64,000 bases of DNA from an uncultured beta proteobacterium (GTDB lineage Bacteria; Pseudomonadota; Gammaproteobacteria; Burkholderiales; SG8-41): NCBI GenBank assembly GCA_963808765.1, contig CAWEHH010000030.1, positions 302,896 through 366,895 on the forward strand, in the 5' to 3' direction. Positions 21,177 through 31,942 of this stretch are shown here, in pieces; position 1 is the stretch's first letter, and the number at the start of each line of letters is the position of its first letter. The notes under the pieces were generated by a model that was not told where the DNA came from, did not search any database, and worked only from the letters and a program-made list of their open reading frames with translations. A program made the translations under genes and the position numbers.

Positions 21177-22379
21177 TTAGAACGAGTGGCTGACGTGGAA
21201 CGCGGCGCCCTGGCTGCTCTCGCCGCGCGCCGCCGGGTCGCGTGCCGAGTTGCCGACACGGAACGTGCTGTTGCTGCCGTCGGGGTCCACGTACACGTAA
21301 CCGATCTTAAACCGCGTCCGTTTCGAGAAGTTGTAGCTGTACGAGATCGAGTACGCATTGCCGCCGGTACCCCCACCGGAGGGGTCAAGGCCGCCGTTCG
21401 CACCCTGCGCGATGCCGACGGCGCTGTTGCCCTTGACGTCGCCAGCGTCGGCGTATTGCGCTTGCAAGCCGTGCGCACCGAAGATCCTCCAATCGACGCC
21501 GAGTGTCCAGGTTTTCCGCTTGGCTTCCTGGCCAGGCAGACCCTCGTATTCCGCATCGAGGTACGTCCCACCAAACTTGACCGGGCCGAACGTAAACGCC
21601 GCCGAAGCACCCCAAGCGGTGTCATCGCCACCCCTGCTGTTCGCCGGTGTGATCCCGTGCACGTTGAACTCTTTGTGCTTCTCGTAACCTGCGCCGATGC
21701 CGAACGGTCCTGCCGTCCAGGTCACCCCGGCTGACCAGACGCGAGGCTTCGCGTTGTGCGAGTTGGCAGCGGTCGGGGTGCTGTCGAGGATGGCATTGTC
21801 CGCCGCGAAATTGCCGGACGAGACCGCGGCCAACGCCTGGAATCCGGCGATGGTCGGAGATTCGTAATACGTCAACCCCGCTTCGCGCCGCTTCCAGCGC
21901 TGGCGCTGCGGGCCGTCCGCCGAGTTCGTGGCGTCCGCACCGCCCGAACCGCCGAACGGCAGGAACGACATGCCGAGAATGCCGGTTTCTTCCGCGCCGA
22001 CCGTGCCGACGTTCAAGGCGCGTTTGAACGGCGTATCCCAACGGCCGAAGTGGAGGTTGCCGAAGCCGCCTTTGAAACCGACCGCGCTGTTACGCGTGCA
22101 CCATCCGGTCTGATCCATCCCCCGAATGTCGGCCGAGCTCTCGCACTGGAACCATGCAGAAAAATTGCCGCCGAGCTTCTCTTCACCGCGGAAACCGATG
22201 GCGCTGCCGCCCGGGGTATCGGCGTAATCGGTGTCTTTCGCGCGGCCCATCGATTTGATGTAGCCGTATTCGTAAGTGACCCGCCCATATAGCTGTACCG
22301 TGCTCGACTGCGCATAGGCAGCCGCGGCCGGAAGGGCCAGCGCGCCTGCGACAGCCGCCGCGATGATTTTCTTCTGCAT
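21177..22379 (-). CDS. Betaproteobacterial general porin
   Basis: Signal peptide MQKKIIAAAV..AYAQ, SxIGFRGEEKLG, RNSAVG, YNFSKRT, C-terminal HSF. Confidence 0.92.
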   Translation of the reverse strand: MQKKIIAAAVAGALALPAAAAYAQSSTVQLYGRVTYEYGYIKSMGRAKDTDYADTPGGSAIGFRGEEKLGGNFSAWFQCESSADIRGMDQTGWCTRNSAVGFKGGFGNLHFGRWDTPFKRALNVGTVGAEETGILGMSFLPFGGSGGADATNSADGPQRQRWKRREAGLTYYESPTIAGFQALAAVSSGNFAADNAILDSTPTAANSHNAKPRVWSAGVTWTAGPFGIGAGYEKHKEFNVHGITPANSRGGDDTAWGASAAFTFGPVKFGGTYLDAEYEGLPGQEAKRKTWTLGVDWRIFGAHGLQAQYADAGDVKGNSAVGIAQGANGGLDPSGGGTGGNAYSISYSYNFSKRTRFKIGYVYVDPDGSNSTFRVGNSARDPAARGESSQGAAFHVSHSF

Positions 22380-22529
22380 AACGATCTCTCCTTTTTGAGT
22401 TCCCATCTTCGGAGCGCTACCTGAAGCTCCAAAATCCTGCCCCTCATTGAGGCCTCGGGCGTAGTTTGCAGGAGACAGTATCGCCGCAGCAACAGAAAGG
22501 CGGGCTGTTCGTTAACCTTTCGGCGGCTT

Positions 22530-22547
22530 TGTTGCGCGGACGCAACA
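22530..22547. promoter_or_regulatory. Perfect inverted repeat, candidate regulator site in the porin promoter region
   Basis: TGTTGCG-cgga-CGCAACA; an additional GCAACA half-site near 22489. Confidence 0.5.
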
Positions 22548-22645
22548 GTTCGTGACGCTTGAGACTTGGCCCCGAGCGCGCGGGGCAGTGTGTCGGAGGG
22601 AAGCCCGACACACTGCTAAAATCGGCCCTTTGTCAGGAGTCGTCT

Positions 22646-23161
22646 TTGAGCAAGAGCACGGGCCCGCGGGAATGCCAGCCGTGCACCGCCTGTTGCGACG
22701 GCTGGCTTCAGATCCAGGTGGACGGGGTGCCGGTCCATCCCGGTCGGCCGTGCCCGTACAGCACGGGTTCGGGCTGCAGGAATTACGAGAACCGGCCGGT
22801 CGATCCCTGCCGGCACTTCATCTGCGGCTGGCGGATGGAAGGCAGTCCGCTGCCGGAGTGGATGAAGCCGAACAACGCCAAGGTGATCGTGCTTTTCAAT
22901 CAATGGACGTGGCGCGGGTGGCCGGTAGACGTGGCCGTTCCGGTCGGGCGCCGGATCCCACCACGGGCGCTCAAGTGGCTGCAGCAGTTCGCCCAGGAGA
23001 ACGGGCGCCTTCTCCTCCACTCGGAGCAGATCGTGAAGGACGGCGCCTACACCAACCAGCAGGCGGTTTCCGCTTACGGCCCCCCCGAGTTCCAGCAGGA
23101 GATGGCGGAGCGCGCCGCCAAGGGCGAAACGATCGCGGAGGCGCTCGCCGTGGCGAGTTAG
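22646..23161 (+). CDS. Cys-rich CxxCxxCC (YkgJ-like) putative Zn/Fe-binding protein
   Basis: AGGAG 6 nt before in-frame TTG 22646; CQPCTACC..CPY..GC..YENRP..PC..F.CGW. Confidence 0.75.
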   Translation: MSKSTGPRECQPCTACCDGWLQIQVDGVPVHPGRPCPYSTGSGCRNYENRPVDPCRHFICGWRMEGSPLPEWMKPNNAKVIVLFNQWTWRGWPVDVAVPVGRRIPPRALKWLQQFAQENGRLLLHSEQIVKDGAYTNQQAVSAYGPPEFQQEMAERAAKGETIAEALAVAS

Positions 23162-23192
23162 ACGGCGCTCGCCGTGCCACGGCCTCCCAGTC

Positions 23193-23403
23193 GTTCTGCC
23201 GTGAGCCTCGTACACTCCGACGAGAGTGCTGATCGCCGAAGCCGGAATGCTCTCGTTCGCGGGGACCCGCTGCTCCGCGGCCCCCGCGTTCTGCCCTGAG
23301 CCTCGTACACTCGGACGAGAGTGCTAATCGCCGCTCGAATGTCACTTCGCGACGGACACGCTGTTCCAGCGGCCGTCGCTCACACACGGATAGGGTGGTT
23401 CTA
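23193..23403 (+). repeat. Family A repeat: two tandem units (period 95) plus GGGTGGTTCTA end
   Basis: GTTCTGCC.TGAGCCTCGTACACTC.GACGAGAGTGCT at 23193 and 23288. Confidence 0.9.
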
Positions 23404-24411
23404 CTAAATCCCTAGACCCTGCAACTGCTTCTCCGGATAACGCGTGCCGGCGGTCACCTCGGCTGAGAACGCTTTATCCAGCGACGCGAGGTCCTCGGCC
23501 GTGAGAGCGAGTTCCGCCGCCGCACAATTCTCTTCGAGGTATTTGCGCCGTTTAGTGCCGGGGATCGGCACGATGTCGTCGCCTCGCGCCAGCAGCCAGG
23601 CAATTGCGACCTGCGCCGGCGCCGCCTTGTGCGCCTGCGCGATTGTCTCGAGCGGCTTCAGCAGCTCGCGGTTGCGTTCGATGTTGGACGCCTCGAAGCG
23701 CGGGTGCTCGCGCCGGCGATCTTTCGGAATCAGCGCGTCGAGCGTCTTGATCGTGGCCGTCAGGAACCCGCGCCCGAGCGGCGCGTACGCCATGAACCCG
23801 ATCCCGAGCTCGCGGCACGTCGGAAGAATATCGCGCTCGACGTCGCGGCTCCACAGCGAATATTCCGTTTCGAGCGCTGCGATCGGATGGACCTTGTGCG
23901 CGCGCCGGATCGTCTCGGCACCGGCTTCCGACAACGCGAGATAGCGCACCTTGCCCTGCTCGACCAGGCGCGACATCGCGCCGACGGTCTCTTCGATCGG
24001 CACCGAGCGGTCAACGCGGTGCAGCCCGTAGATGTCGATCATATCGACGCCGAGGCGTTTCAGGCTCGCATCGCACGCCTGCGGCACCCAGTCGGGATGC
24101 CCACCGGAGAGCGCGGGGGCACTTCCGCCCGCACCGCGGCCGGCGAGCGCGAGATTGCCGAACTTCGTCGCGACGAGATAGCGGTTGCGCTTGCCCTTGA
24201 TCGCTTTGGCGACGAGACTCTCGTTCACGCCCGCGCCATACGCATCCGAGGTGACGAGCAGGTTCACGCCCAGCTCGAGCGCCAGGTGCATCGTCGCAAT
24301 CGACTCTTCGTCGTTCGGCTCGCCATAGCTGATCGACATGCCCATGCAGCCGAGACCCACCGCCGGCACATCGGGACCGTTCTTACCCAGCTTACGTGTC
24401 TGCATGCTCAC
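23404..24411 (-). CDS. Aldo/keto reductase
   Basis: GLGCMGMS, VATKFG, SLKRLG, EYSLWSR, YAPLGRG, PIPGTK. Confidence 0.93.
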   Translation of the reverse strand: MSMQTRKLGKNGPDVPAVGLGCMGMSISYGEPNDEESIATMHLALELGVNLLVTSDAYGAGVNESLVAKAIKGKRNRYLVATKFGNLALAGRGAGGSAPALSGGHPDWVPQACDASLKRLGVDMIDIYGLHRVDRSVPIEETVGAMSRLVEQGKVRYLALSEAGAETIRRAHKVHPIAALETEYSLWSRDVERDILPTCRELGIGFMAYAPLGRGFLTATIKTLDALIPKDRRREHPRFEASNIERNRELLKPLETIAQAHKAAPAQVAIAWLLARGDDIVPIPGTKRRKYLEENCAAAELALTAEDLASLDKAFSAEVTAGTRYPEKQLQGLGI

Positions 24412-24459
24412 GCCTCCTTACGAAATCAGCTCAGTGTGTGCGCTCGCGCGGGGCGCCTC

Positions 24460-25149
24460 TCACCCGGCATACGAAACCGTGAGATCGCCCACGCCTTCGA
24501 CGTGCCCGTGCAGCTTGTCGCCGGCTTTGACGGGACCGACACCCGCCGGCGTTCCGGACATGATGACGTCGCCCGCGCGCAGCGTGACGAGCTTCGAGAG
24601 ATACGAAATCGTCTCGGGTACGTTCCAGATCATCGCCGAGAGATCGCCCTGCTGACGCAGCGCTCCGTTGATCTCGAGCCAGATCGCGCCTTTGGCCGGG
24701 TGGCCGACCATCGCGACGGTTTTCAATGCCGTGCACGGCGCCGAGTTGTCGAAGGCCTTGCCCATCTCCCACGGCCGGCCCATCTTTTTCGCTTCGCCCT
24801 GGAGATCGCGGCGGGTCATGTCAAGACCGACGCCATAGCCGAAGACATGTTCGAGCGCGCGATCCACGGGGATGTCGGCGCCGCCCTTGCCGATCGCGAC
24901 GATCATCTCGATCTCGTGGTGCAGGTCGCTCGTCATCTGCGGATACGGGATCGTCGCACCGTTCTGGACGATCGCATCCGGCGGCTTCATGAAGAAGAAC
25001 GGCGGCTCGCGGTCCGGATCGTGCCCCATTTCCCGAGCATGTTCCGCGTAGTTGCGGCCCACGCAGTAGATGCGTCCGACGGGAAACGACTGATTGCTTT
25101 CGGCAACGGGCAGCGTCGTCGGCCCGGGAAATTCGATCGCGTAGTTCAT
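24460..25149 (-). CDS. Fumarylacetoacetate hydrolase family protein
   Basis: RIYCVGRNYAEHAREMG, PFFFMKP, HHEIE, DMTRRDLQ, GTPAGVG. Confidence 0.93.
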   Translation of the reverse strand: MNYAIEFPGPTTLPVAESNQSFPVGRIYCVGRNYAEHAREMGHDPDREPPFFFMKPPDAIVQNGATIPYPQMTSDLHHEIEMIVAIGKGGADIPVDRALEHVFGYGVGLDMTRRDLQGEAKKMGRPWEMGKAFDNSAPCTALKTVAMVGHPAKGAIWLEINGALRQQGDLSAMIWNVPETISYLSKLVTLRAGDVIMSGTPAGVGPVKAGDKLHGHVEGVGDLTVSYAG

Positions 25150-25464
25150 GTCTTCCTCGTGAAAGATCCGGTCGCGCGGGGAGGTCATGGGTGAGCACAT
25201 CGGTGCGGCGGCGATGAGGGCGGGACAAACCGAGGTCCACTTCGCGCCGACCGACCGAAATGATGGACGCGATCTTAACATGCAGGCGGTGCGCAACCGC
25301 CTCGCTGCTGCGGCTCGCGGACGTCAGGCAGGAGGCGCGCACGCTCCTTGCTCCGACTCACGCATTCACAAGACCTTGCGTGTCCCGGGGTTTACGCTAT
25401 AAGAGCGCGACCGCTACCATAAGTGCAGAGCGGCTCACCCGGCTCTCGCTTCCGGATTCCCTCC

Positions 25465-28400
25465 ATGAGTACCCGCCTCCGCGAAATCCCTTACAACTAC
25501 ACCTCCTTCTCCGACCGCGAGATCGTGATCCGGCTGCTCGGCGAAGCGGCGTGGGACATGCTCGACGCGTTGCGCAGCGAGCGTCGCACGGGGCGCTCGG
25601 CGAAGATGCTCTACGAAGTCCTCGGCGATATCTGGGTCATCTCGCGCAATCCCTATATCGAAGAAGAGCTCATCAAGGATCCGAAACGGCGCGCCGCGTT
25701 GATCGCGGAAATGCGCGAACGTCTCACTGCGATCGACGCGCGGCGGCGCAGGCGCGCGGACGATCGCGTGACGACGCTCCTCGCCGCCGCGAGCAAGGCG
25801 GTCGATGCGTTCGAAGCGCAGTTTCGCGCCACATACGATCTGCGCAAGCGCATCCGCGGCCGGTTCTCGGGCGTCACACACCGCGACAACGTCATGTTCG
25901 ACGGTTTCGCGCGCGTCTCGCACGTCACCGACGCCACCGACTGGCGCGTCGAGTATCCGTTCGTTGTCATCGCGCCGGACACCGAAGAGGAAGTCGCGCC
26001 GATCGTTCAGGCGTGCATCGACCTCGGCCTCACCATCATCCCGCGCGGCGGTGGCACCGGATACACCGGCGGCGCGATTCCGCTCACGCGGCTCTCGGCG
26101 GTGATCAACACCGAGAAGCTCGAAACCATGAGCCCGGTAGAGGCGGTGATGTTGCCGGGCCTCGATCGCGCAGTGCCGGTCCTGCGCTGCGGCGCGGGCG
26201 TGGTGACGCGCCGCGCGATGAACGTCGCCGATGGCGCGGGCCTCGTCTTCGCGTGCGATCCCACGTCATCCGACGCCTCCTGCATCGGCGGCAACGTCGC
26301 GATGAACGCCGGCGGCAAGAAGGCGGTGCTGTGGGGCACGGCGCTCGACAATCTCGCCGCGTGGCGCATGGTGACACCGGACGCGACGTGGCTGCACGTC
26401 GAACGGCTCGAGCACAACCTCGGCAAGATCCACGACGTGCCGCTCGCGCGCTTTCGCCTGAGTCGCTTTGCGCTCGATGGAAAAACGCCCCTCGGTGCGC
26501 CCGAGGTCCTGGAGATACCGGGTTCGTGTTTCAGGAAGCCCGGCCTCGGCAAGGACGTAACGGATAAGGTGCTCTGCGGGCTTCCCGGCGTCCAGAAGGA
26601 AGGCTGCGACGGCCTCATCACCCAGGCGACCTTCGTCCTGCACCGCATGCCGCCCGCGGTTCGCACCGTGTGTCTCGAATTCTTCGGTCCGGTGCGAGAA
26701 GCCGTTCCGGCGATCGTGGAGATCCGCCGATACCTCGATGCACAGCCCGGAGGCGCCAAGCTCGCGGGACTCGAACATCTCGACGAGCGCTACGTGAAGG
26801 CGGTCGGCTACGCGACCAAGGCGCGGCGCCCCGGCCGTCCGAAGATGGTGCTCGTCGGCGACATCGTCGGCGAGGAAGAGGACGCGGTCGCAGCGGCCGC
26901 ATCCCAGGTCGTGCGCATCGCGAACGCGCGGCAGGCCGAGGGCTTCATCGCCGTCGCGCCGGACATGCGCCGCAAGTTCTGGCTGGATCGCGGCCGCACC
27001 GCCGCCATCTCGAAGCACACCAACGCGTTCAAGATCAACGAGGACGTGGTGATCCCGATCGAGGGCCTCGGCGGCTACTCCGACGGTGTGGAGCGCATCA
27101 ACATCGAGCTCTCGATCCGCAACAAGCTGAAGCTGACCGATGCCCTCGAAGCGCTGCTGCGCGGCGACCTGCCGCTCACGAGCCGCGAAGAAGTCGGCTC
27201 GGCCGCGGAGCTCCTCGGCGATCGCGTGAACATTGCGCTCGGTCTCATCGACGAGACGCGGGCACGCTGGCGCTGGCTCATCGATTCGATCGATGCTCCG
27301 CTTGCTTCCCTCTCCGATAGCGCGCCGCCGGCCTACGCGCAGGTCATTGCCGACGCGCTCGCGAGTCATGAGTCGGGAATCACGCTCTTCGATGTGTTGC
27401 AGGACCACCGCATCCGCGTCTCATGGAAAACGGAGCTTTGCACACAGCTTGCGGACGTCTTCGACGGACGCCCGTTCGTGAGAGTCCTGCAGGCGATCGA
27501 GGCGACGCACAGGCAAGTCCTGAGGAGCCGCGTCTTCATCGCGCTTCATATGCACGCGGGCGACGGGAACGTGCATACGAACATCCCGGTCAACTCCGAC
27601 GATTACGGGATGCTCCAGGAAGCCGCGGAAGCTGTTGCGCGCGTCATGCAGCTCGCGGTCTCGCTCGGTGGCGTCGTCTCGGGCGAGCATGGCATCGGCA
27701 TCACCAAGCTCGAATTCCTCGACGCGGAGAAAGTCGAGGCGTTCCGTGCATACAAGGCGAACGTCGATCCGAACGGCCACTTCAACAAGGGGAAGCTGCT
27801 GGCCGGAGCCGATCTGCACAACGCGTATACGCCGAGCTTCTCGCTCATCGGCGCGGAGAGCCTCATCCTCGAACAGTCGGACATCGGCCGCGTCGCCGAC
27901 ATGATCAAGAACTGTCTGCGCTGCGGCAAGTGCAAGCCGGTATGCATGACGCACGTGCCGCGTGCGAACCTGCTCTACAGCCCGCGCAACAAGATCCTCG
28001 CGACCAGCCTGATCACCGAGGCGTTTCTCTACGAAGAGCAGACGCGGCGCGGGATCTCGCTCGAGCATTTCGACGAGTACGGTGACGTCGCGGATCACTG
28101 TACGGTCTGTCACAAATGCGTGAACCCGTGTCCGGTCGACATCGATTTCGGCGACGTGTCGATCGCCATGCGCAATTACCTCCGGCGCAATCGCAAGCGG
28201 CGGCCGAAAGTCGGTCTCGCCGCGGCCATGATGTTCCTCAATGCGACCGATCCATCGACGATCAACGCGCTGCGGCTCGGCATGATCCGCATCGGGTATC
28301 GCGCGCAGCGTTTCGCCCACCGATGTGCGAAGGCGGTCGGTCTCGTGCAGAAGCAGACGCGGCATCCGCCCTCGACGACGGGCCGCACGCCGGTACGCCA

Positions 28401-29316
28401 GCAGGTGATCCACTTCATCAACAAGCCCATGCCGGGCAATCTGCCCAAACGCAGCTCGCGCGCGCTCCTCGACATCGAGGACCCGCGCATCGTGCCGATC
28501 GTGCGCGACCCGGTGAAATCGCAGGACGCCGAGGCCGTCTTCTATTTCCCCGGCTGCGGTTCCGAGCGGCTCTTCGGGCAAGTGGGGCTCGCGACGCAGG
28601 CGATGCTCTATGACGCCGGCGTGCAGACGGTGCTTCCGCCGGGCTACATCTGCTGCGGCTATCCGCAGACCGCGGCCGGTGAAGAACACAAGGGCAAGCA
28701 GATCATCACCGCGAATCGCGTGCTGTTCCATCGCGTCGCGCACACGCTCGCCTACCTCGACATCAAGACGGTCATCGTCTCGTGCGGCACCTGTCTCGAT
28801 CAGCTGGAAGGCTACGAGTTCGACAAGATCTTCCCCGGCTGCCGGCTACTCGATATCCATGAGTATCTGCTGGAGAAGGGCGTGAAGCTGGATGGCGTAA
28901 ACGGTGTGCGCTACATGTATCACGATCCGTGTCACACACCGATGAAAGTGCATCAGCCGCTGAAAGTCGTGTCGACGCTCATGAATCAGCCGGTGCCGCT
29001 CAACGATCGTTGCTGCGGCGAATCGGGAACGCTCGCCGTGAGCCGTCCCGACATCTCCACCCAGGTCCGTTTTCGCAAGGAGTTCGAAATGCGCGCCGGC
29101 GCGGATGCTCTGCGCGCCGACGGCTTCAAGGGCGACGTGAAGGTGCTCACCTCCTGCCCCTCGTGTCTCCAGGGGCTCGCGCGTTACGACAACGACTCCG
29201 GCACGCAGGCCGACTACATCGTCGTGGAGATGGCGAAGCTTTTGCTCGGGGAAAACTGGATGGCCGAGTACGTGAGCAAGGCCAACAACGGTGGGATCGA
29301 GCGCGTGCTGCTCTAG
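25465..29316 (+). CDS. Large FAD-linked oxidoreductase with Fe-S and CCG domains (DUF3683/DUF3400 type)
   Basis: [53 protein letters not shown]...CP, CCG motifs. Confidence 0.92.
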   Translation: MSTRLREIPYNYTSFSDREIVIRLLGEAAWDMLDALRSERRTGRSAKMLYEVLGDIWVISRNPYIEEELIKDPKRRAALIAEMRERLTAIDARRRRRADDRVTTLLAAASKAVDAFEAQFRATYDLRKRIRGRFSGVTHRDNVMFDGFARVSHVTDATDWRVEYPFVVIAPDTEEEVAPIVQACIDLGLTIIPRGGGTGYTGGAIPLTRLSAVINTEKLETMSPVEAVMLPGLDRAVPVLRCGAGVVTRRAMNVADGAGLVFACDPTSSDASCIGGNVAMNAGGKKAVLWGTALDNLAAWRMVTPDATWLHVERLEHNLGKIHDVPLARFRLSRFALDGKTPLGAPEVLEIPGSCFRKPGLGKDVTDKVLCGLPGVQKEGCDGLITQATFVLHRMPPAVRTVCLEFFGPVREAVPAIVEIRRYLDAQPGGAKLAGLEHLDERYVKAVGYATKARRPGRPKMVLVGDIVGEEEDAVAAAASQVVRIANARQAEGFIAVAPDMRRKFWLDRGRTAAISKHTNAFKINEDVVIPIEGLGGYSDGVERINIELSIRNKLKLTDALEALLRGDLPLTSREEVGSAAELLGDRVNIALGLIDETRARWRWLIDSIDAPLASLSDSAPPAYAQVIADALASHESGITLFDVLQDHRIRVSWKTELCTQLADVFDGRPFVRVLQAIEATHRQVLRSRVFIALHMHAGDGNVHTNIPVNSDDYGMLQEAAEAVARVMQLAVSLGGVVSGEHGIGITKLEFLDAEKVEAFRAYKANVDPNGHFNKGKLLAGADLHNAYTPSFSLIGAESLILEQSDIGRVADMIKNCLRCGKCKPVCMTHVPRANLLYSPRNKILATSLITEAFLYEEQTRRGISLEHFDEYGDVADHCTVCHKCVNPCPVDIDFGDVSIAMRNYLRRNRKRRPKVGLAAAMMFLNATDPSTINALRLGMIRIGYRAQRFAHRCAKAVGLVQKQTRHPPSTTGRTPVRQQVIHFINKPMPGNLPKRSSRALLDIEDPRIVPIVRDPVKSQDAEAVFYFPGCGSERLFGQVGLATQAMLYDAGVQTVLPPGYICCGYPQTAAGEEHKGKQIITANRVLFHRVAHTLAYLDIKTVIVSCGTCLDQLEGYEFDKIFPGCRLLDIHEYLLEKGVKLDGVNGVRYMYHDPCHTPMKVHQPLKVVSTLMNQPVPLNDRCCGESGTLAVSRPDISTQVRFRKEFEMRAGADALRADGFKGDVKVLTSCPSCLQGLARYDNDSGTQADYIVVEMAKLLLGENWMAEYVSKANNGGIERVLL

Positions 29317-29469
29317 CCTGAAGTCCCGTCGATAATCCAGCATCGAATCAGTTGAGTCCCCAGAGCCTCCGTCCATGGAGACCCGCCGGCTTGCCGCTAT
29401 CCGTCAACCATTGGTTGTCGATCGGAGAAGGCTGTATCTGCATGAGGTGAGGTCCGGTGGATGTTTCGG

Positions 29470-30424
29470 CTATTCCGCTCGTATTCCCGCCGCCTTGATA
29501 ACTTTGTCCATGGTGGCCATCTCTGCCTTGATCGTTGCTGCAAAGTCCCGCGGCGAGCTGCCGACGATCTCGGTGCCCTCCTTGAACAGCAGATCCTTCA
29601 GTCGCTGCGTGTTCAGCGCCTGCACGGTTTCGCGGTTGAGAAGCTCGATGAGCCGGGGCGGTGTTCGAACGGGCGCAAACATCCCCGCGCTCGTCGTCGA
29701 CTGGTAGCCCGGCAGACCGGCTTCTGCAACCGTAGGCAAGCCCGGCGCGACCGCAGACGGCCGGGCACTCGTAATCGCCAAAGCGCGCAACTTGCCTGAT
29801 TTGATGTGTCCGGCGACCGAACCGGTACTCGCAAAGCCCAACTGAACTTCGCCGCCAAGCAGGCCGAGCACCGCGGGACCCTGCCCTTTGTACGGGACGC
29901 GAACGATATTCACCTGCGCCATGTGTTTGAAGAGCTCCGCGGCGAGGTGAGACGCCGCGCCGGTAGCGCCGGAACCGTAGTTCAGCGTGCCCGGTTTCGC
30001 TCTGGCGAGCTCGATCAGCTCTCCGATCGTCTTAACCGGCATCGCGGGATGTACGACGACCAAGTTGGGTGTGCTCGTCGCAAGCGTCACCGGTACCAGA
30101 TCCTTCACCGGATCGAAAGGTACTTTCTGCAGCAGCGGCATCATCCACAAGCTGCCGCCGTGGAAGAGCAGCGTGTAGCCGTCCGGCGGCGCCTTTACCA
30201 CGATCTCACCAGGGACGATGCCCGTCGGGCGATTGTCCACGATCACCTGCTGACCGAGGCGCGCCGTAAGCCCTTGGGCGATAGTCCGTGCAACGAGATC
30301 GGTCTGTACCGCCGACCGCAGAAGTGACGATGCGTACCGGCCGCGTCGGAAAGTCCTGCGCAGCCGCCGTGCCGCAGAGCGCAATGGTGCTCAGCGCGAA
30401 AATCGACTTCAGGTGACGAGACAT
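29470..30424 (-). CDS. Bug/TctC tripartite tricarboxylate transporter substrate-binding protein (apparent frameshift near 30305)
   Basis: Signal peptide, FPTRPVRIV, PPDGYTLL, SHLAAELF, VPYKG, PGLPTVAEAG. Confidence 0.9.
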
Positions 30425-30491
30425 CGCAAGTTTCTCCTCGAAGTTTGGAAGCCCTAAGGCCGATACACCACGGAGTGGATGGCCAGCTCGT

Positions 30492-30625
30492 CTAGTGTCC
30501 TGAATCGTAAATTCGCCCCACAGTCGTCATTCCGGCGCAGGCCGGAATCCAGAGCTAGTTTGGTTCTGGCCCCGGCCTTCGCCGGGGTGACGTCACTAGG
30601 ACGAACTTCTGAATCACCATACGAG
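30492..30625. mobile_element. Degenerate MITE-like element: imperfect 24-bp terminal inverted repeats enclosing a family C REP pair
   Basis: CTAGTGTCCTGAATCGTAAATTCG versus the reverse complement of the right end, CTCGTATGGTGATTCAGAAGTTCG (16/24). Internal GTCATTCCGGCGCAGGCCGGAATCCAG...CTGGCCCCGGCCTTCGCCGGGGTGAC. Confidence 0.55.
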
Positions 30626-30768
30626 CGCCTCATGCAAGAATGGCGGCTTCCGGCTCCCGTCCGCCGGCGTAACCGCGGTATCATGCTCATGACAGCTTCG
30701 GGGGTTTCTGAAGCCTCGGCCCCTCAAGAAGCCACCCGGCGGATTCGATGGAACGCTTCGAACTTTCC

Positions 30769-31893
30769 ATGACCATGCGACTGTCAGATTTCATCGTGCG
30801 TGACATGGAGGGTATCTTGACGCGCTGGGAGGCATTTGCCGCTACCAGTCTGCCGGCTGCGGCAAGGATGAACTCCCTCGCGCTGCGAAACCACGCGCAA
30901 CAGATCCTGGAAGCTGTCGTGGCCGATTTGCGGACTTCGCAAAGCAGGGAAGCGCAGGCGGCGAAATCGATGGGACTCGCGCCGAAGATTCTGGCGGCAC
31001 CAGAGACGGCGGCACAAACCCATGCGCTCTTGCGGGCGAAGAGCGGCTTCGACATCAGACAGTTGGCTGCCGAGTATCGCGCTCTGCGTGCAAGCGTCCT
31101 CAGTCGATGGCTGGATGATTGCCCCTCGGAAGCCACGCACCTCGACGATGTCATCCGTTTCAACGAGGCGATCGACCAGGCGCTCGTCGAGTCAATCGAT
31201 TTCTTCACCGCGCAAGTCGACCAGGGCCGCAACCTGTTGCTTGGAACGCTCGGGCACGACTTGCGGACACCTCTCCAGAGCATACAGATGACCGCACGCT
31301 ACCTCGCGGCCCTCAACGCGGGCGACAAAGTCTCGGACGCCGCGACCCGTCTGATCAACAGCGGTGCCCGGATGAAGACACTACTGGACGATCTGCTGGA
31401 CTTCAACAGAACCAGGCTGGGTCTGGGTATCGGTATCTCGCGCACCCATGTCGATCTCCGGAGCTTGTTTGCCGATCAAGTGAAGGAGTTGCGCAGCGCG
31501 CATCCCGATCACCCGCTTCAGCTCGAAGTGCAGGGCGATTGTCTGGGTATGTGGGATGGGCATCGCCTCGAGCAATTGCTGGCGAATCTGGTCGTCAATG
31601 CAATGAAGTATGGAGCCCCACGCGCACTCGTGCGTGTTGTAGTTGCTGGGGAGGAGAACGACGTTCGCCTTGAAGTCATCAACAGCGGGCCGGCTATCGA
31701 TCCGGCGATGCTGGGCGAGATCTTTGAGCCTCTGAGGCGCGGGGCGCAGCACGCGAGCACCGATGGCAGCCTTGGGCTGGGCCTGTACATCGCAGCAGAG
31801 ATTGCCAAGGCCCACGGCGGCGAGATTACTGCGCGGTCCGCCGGCTCTGAGACGACGTTCACGGCGCGCCTGCCGCGTTTCCCTATCACTTAG
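30769..31893 (+). CDS. Orphan cytoplasmic histidine kinase with an RsbRD_N-like N-terminal domain
   Basis: MRLSDFI...ILTRWEAFA; GHDLRTPL; NLVVNAMKY; GLGLYIA; no transmembrane segment; no adjacent regulator. Confidence 0.88.
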   Translation: MTMRLSDFIVRDMEGILTRWEAFAATSLPAAARMNSLALRNHAQQILEAVVADLRTSQSREAQAAKSMGLAPKILAAPETAAQTHALLRAKSGFDIRQLAAEYRALRASVLSRWLDDCPSEATHLDDVIRFNEAIDQALVESIDFFTAQVDQGRNLLLGTLGHDLRTPLQSIQMTARYLAALNAGDKVSDAATRLINSGARMKTLLDDLLDFNRTRLGLGIGISRTHVDLRSLFADQVKELRSAHPDHPLQLEVQGDCLGMWDGHRLEQLLANLVVNAMKYGAPRALVRVVVAGEENDVRLEVINSGPAIDPAMLGEIFEPLRRGAQHASTDGSLGLGLYIAAEIAKAHGGEITARSAGSETTFTARLPRFPIT

Positions 31894-31942
31894 CCCCTTC
31901 AGATCTGCGCGTGCCGTCAAGGAGAGTCCGGCGAGCCAACCG

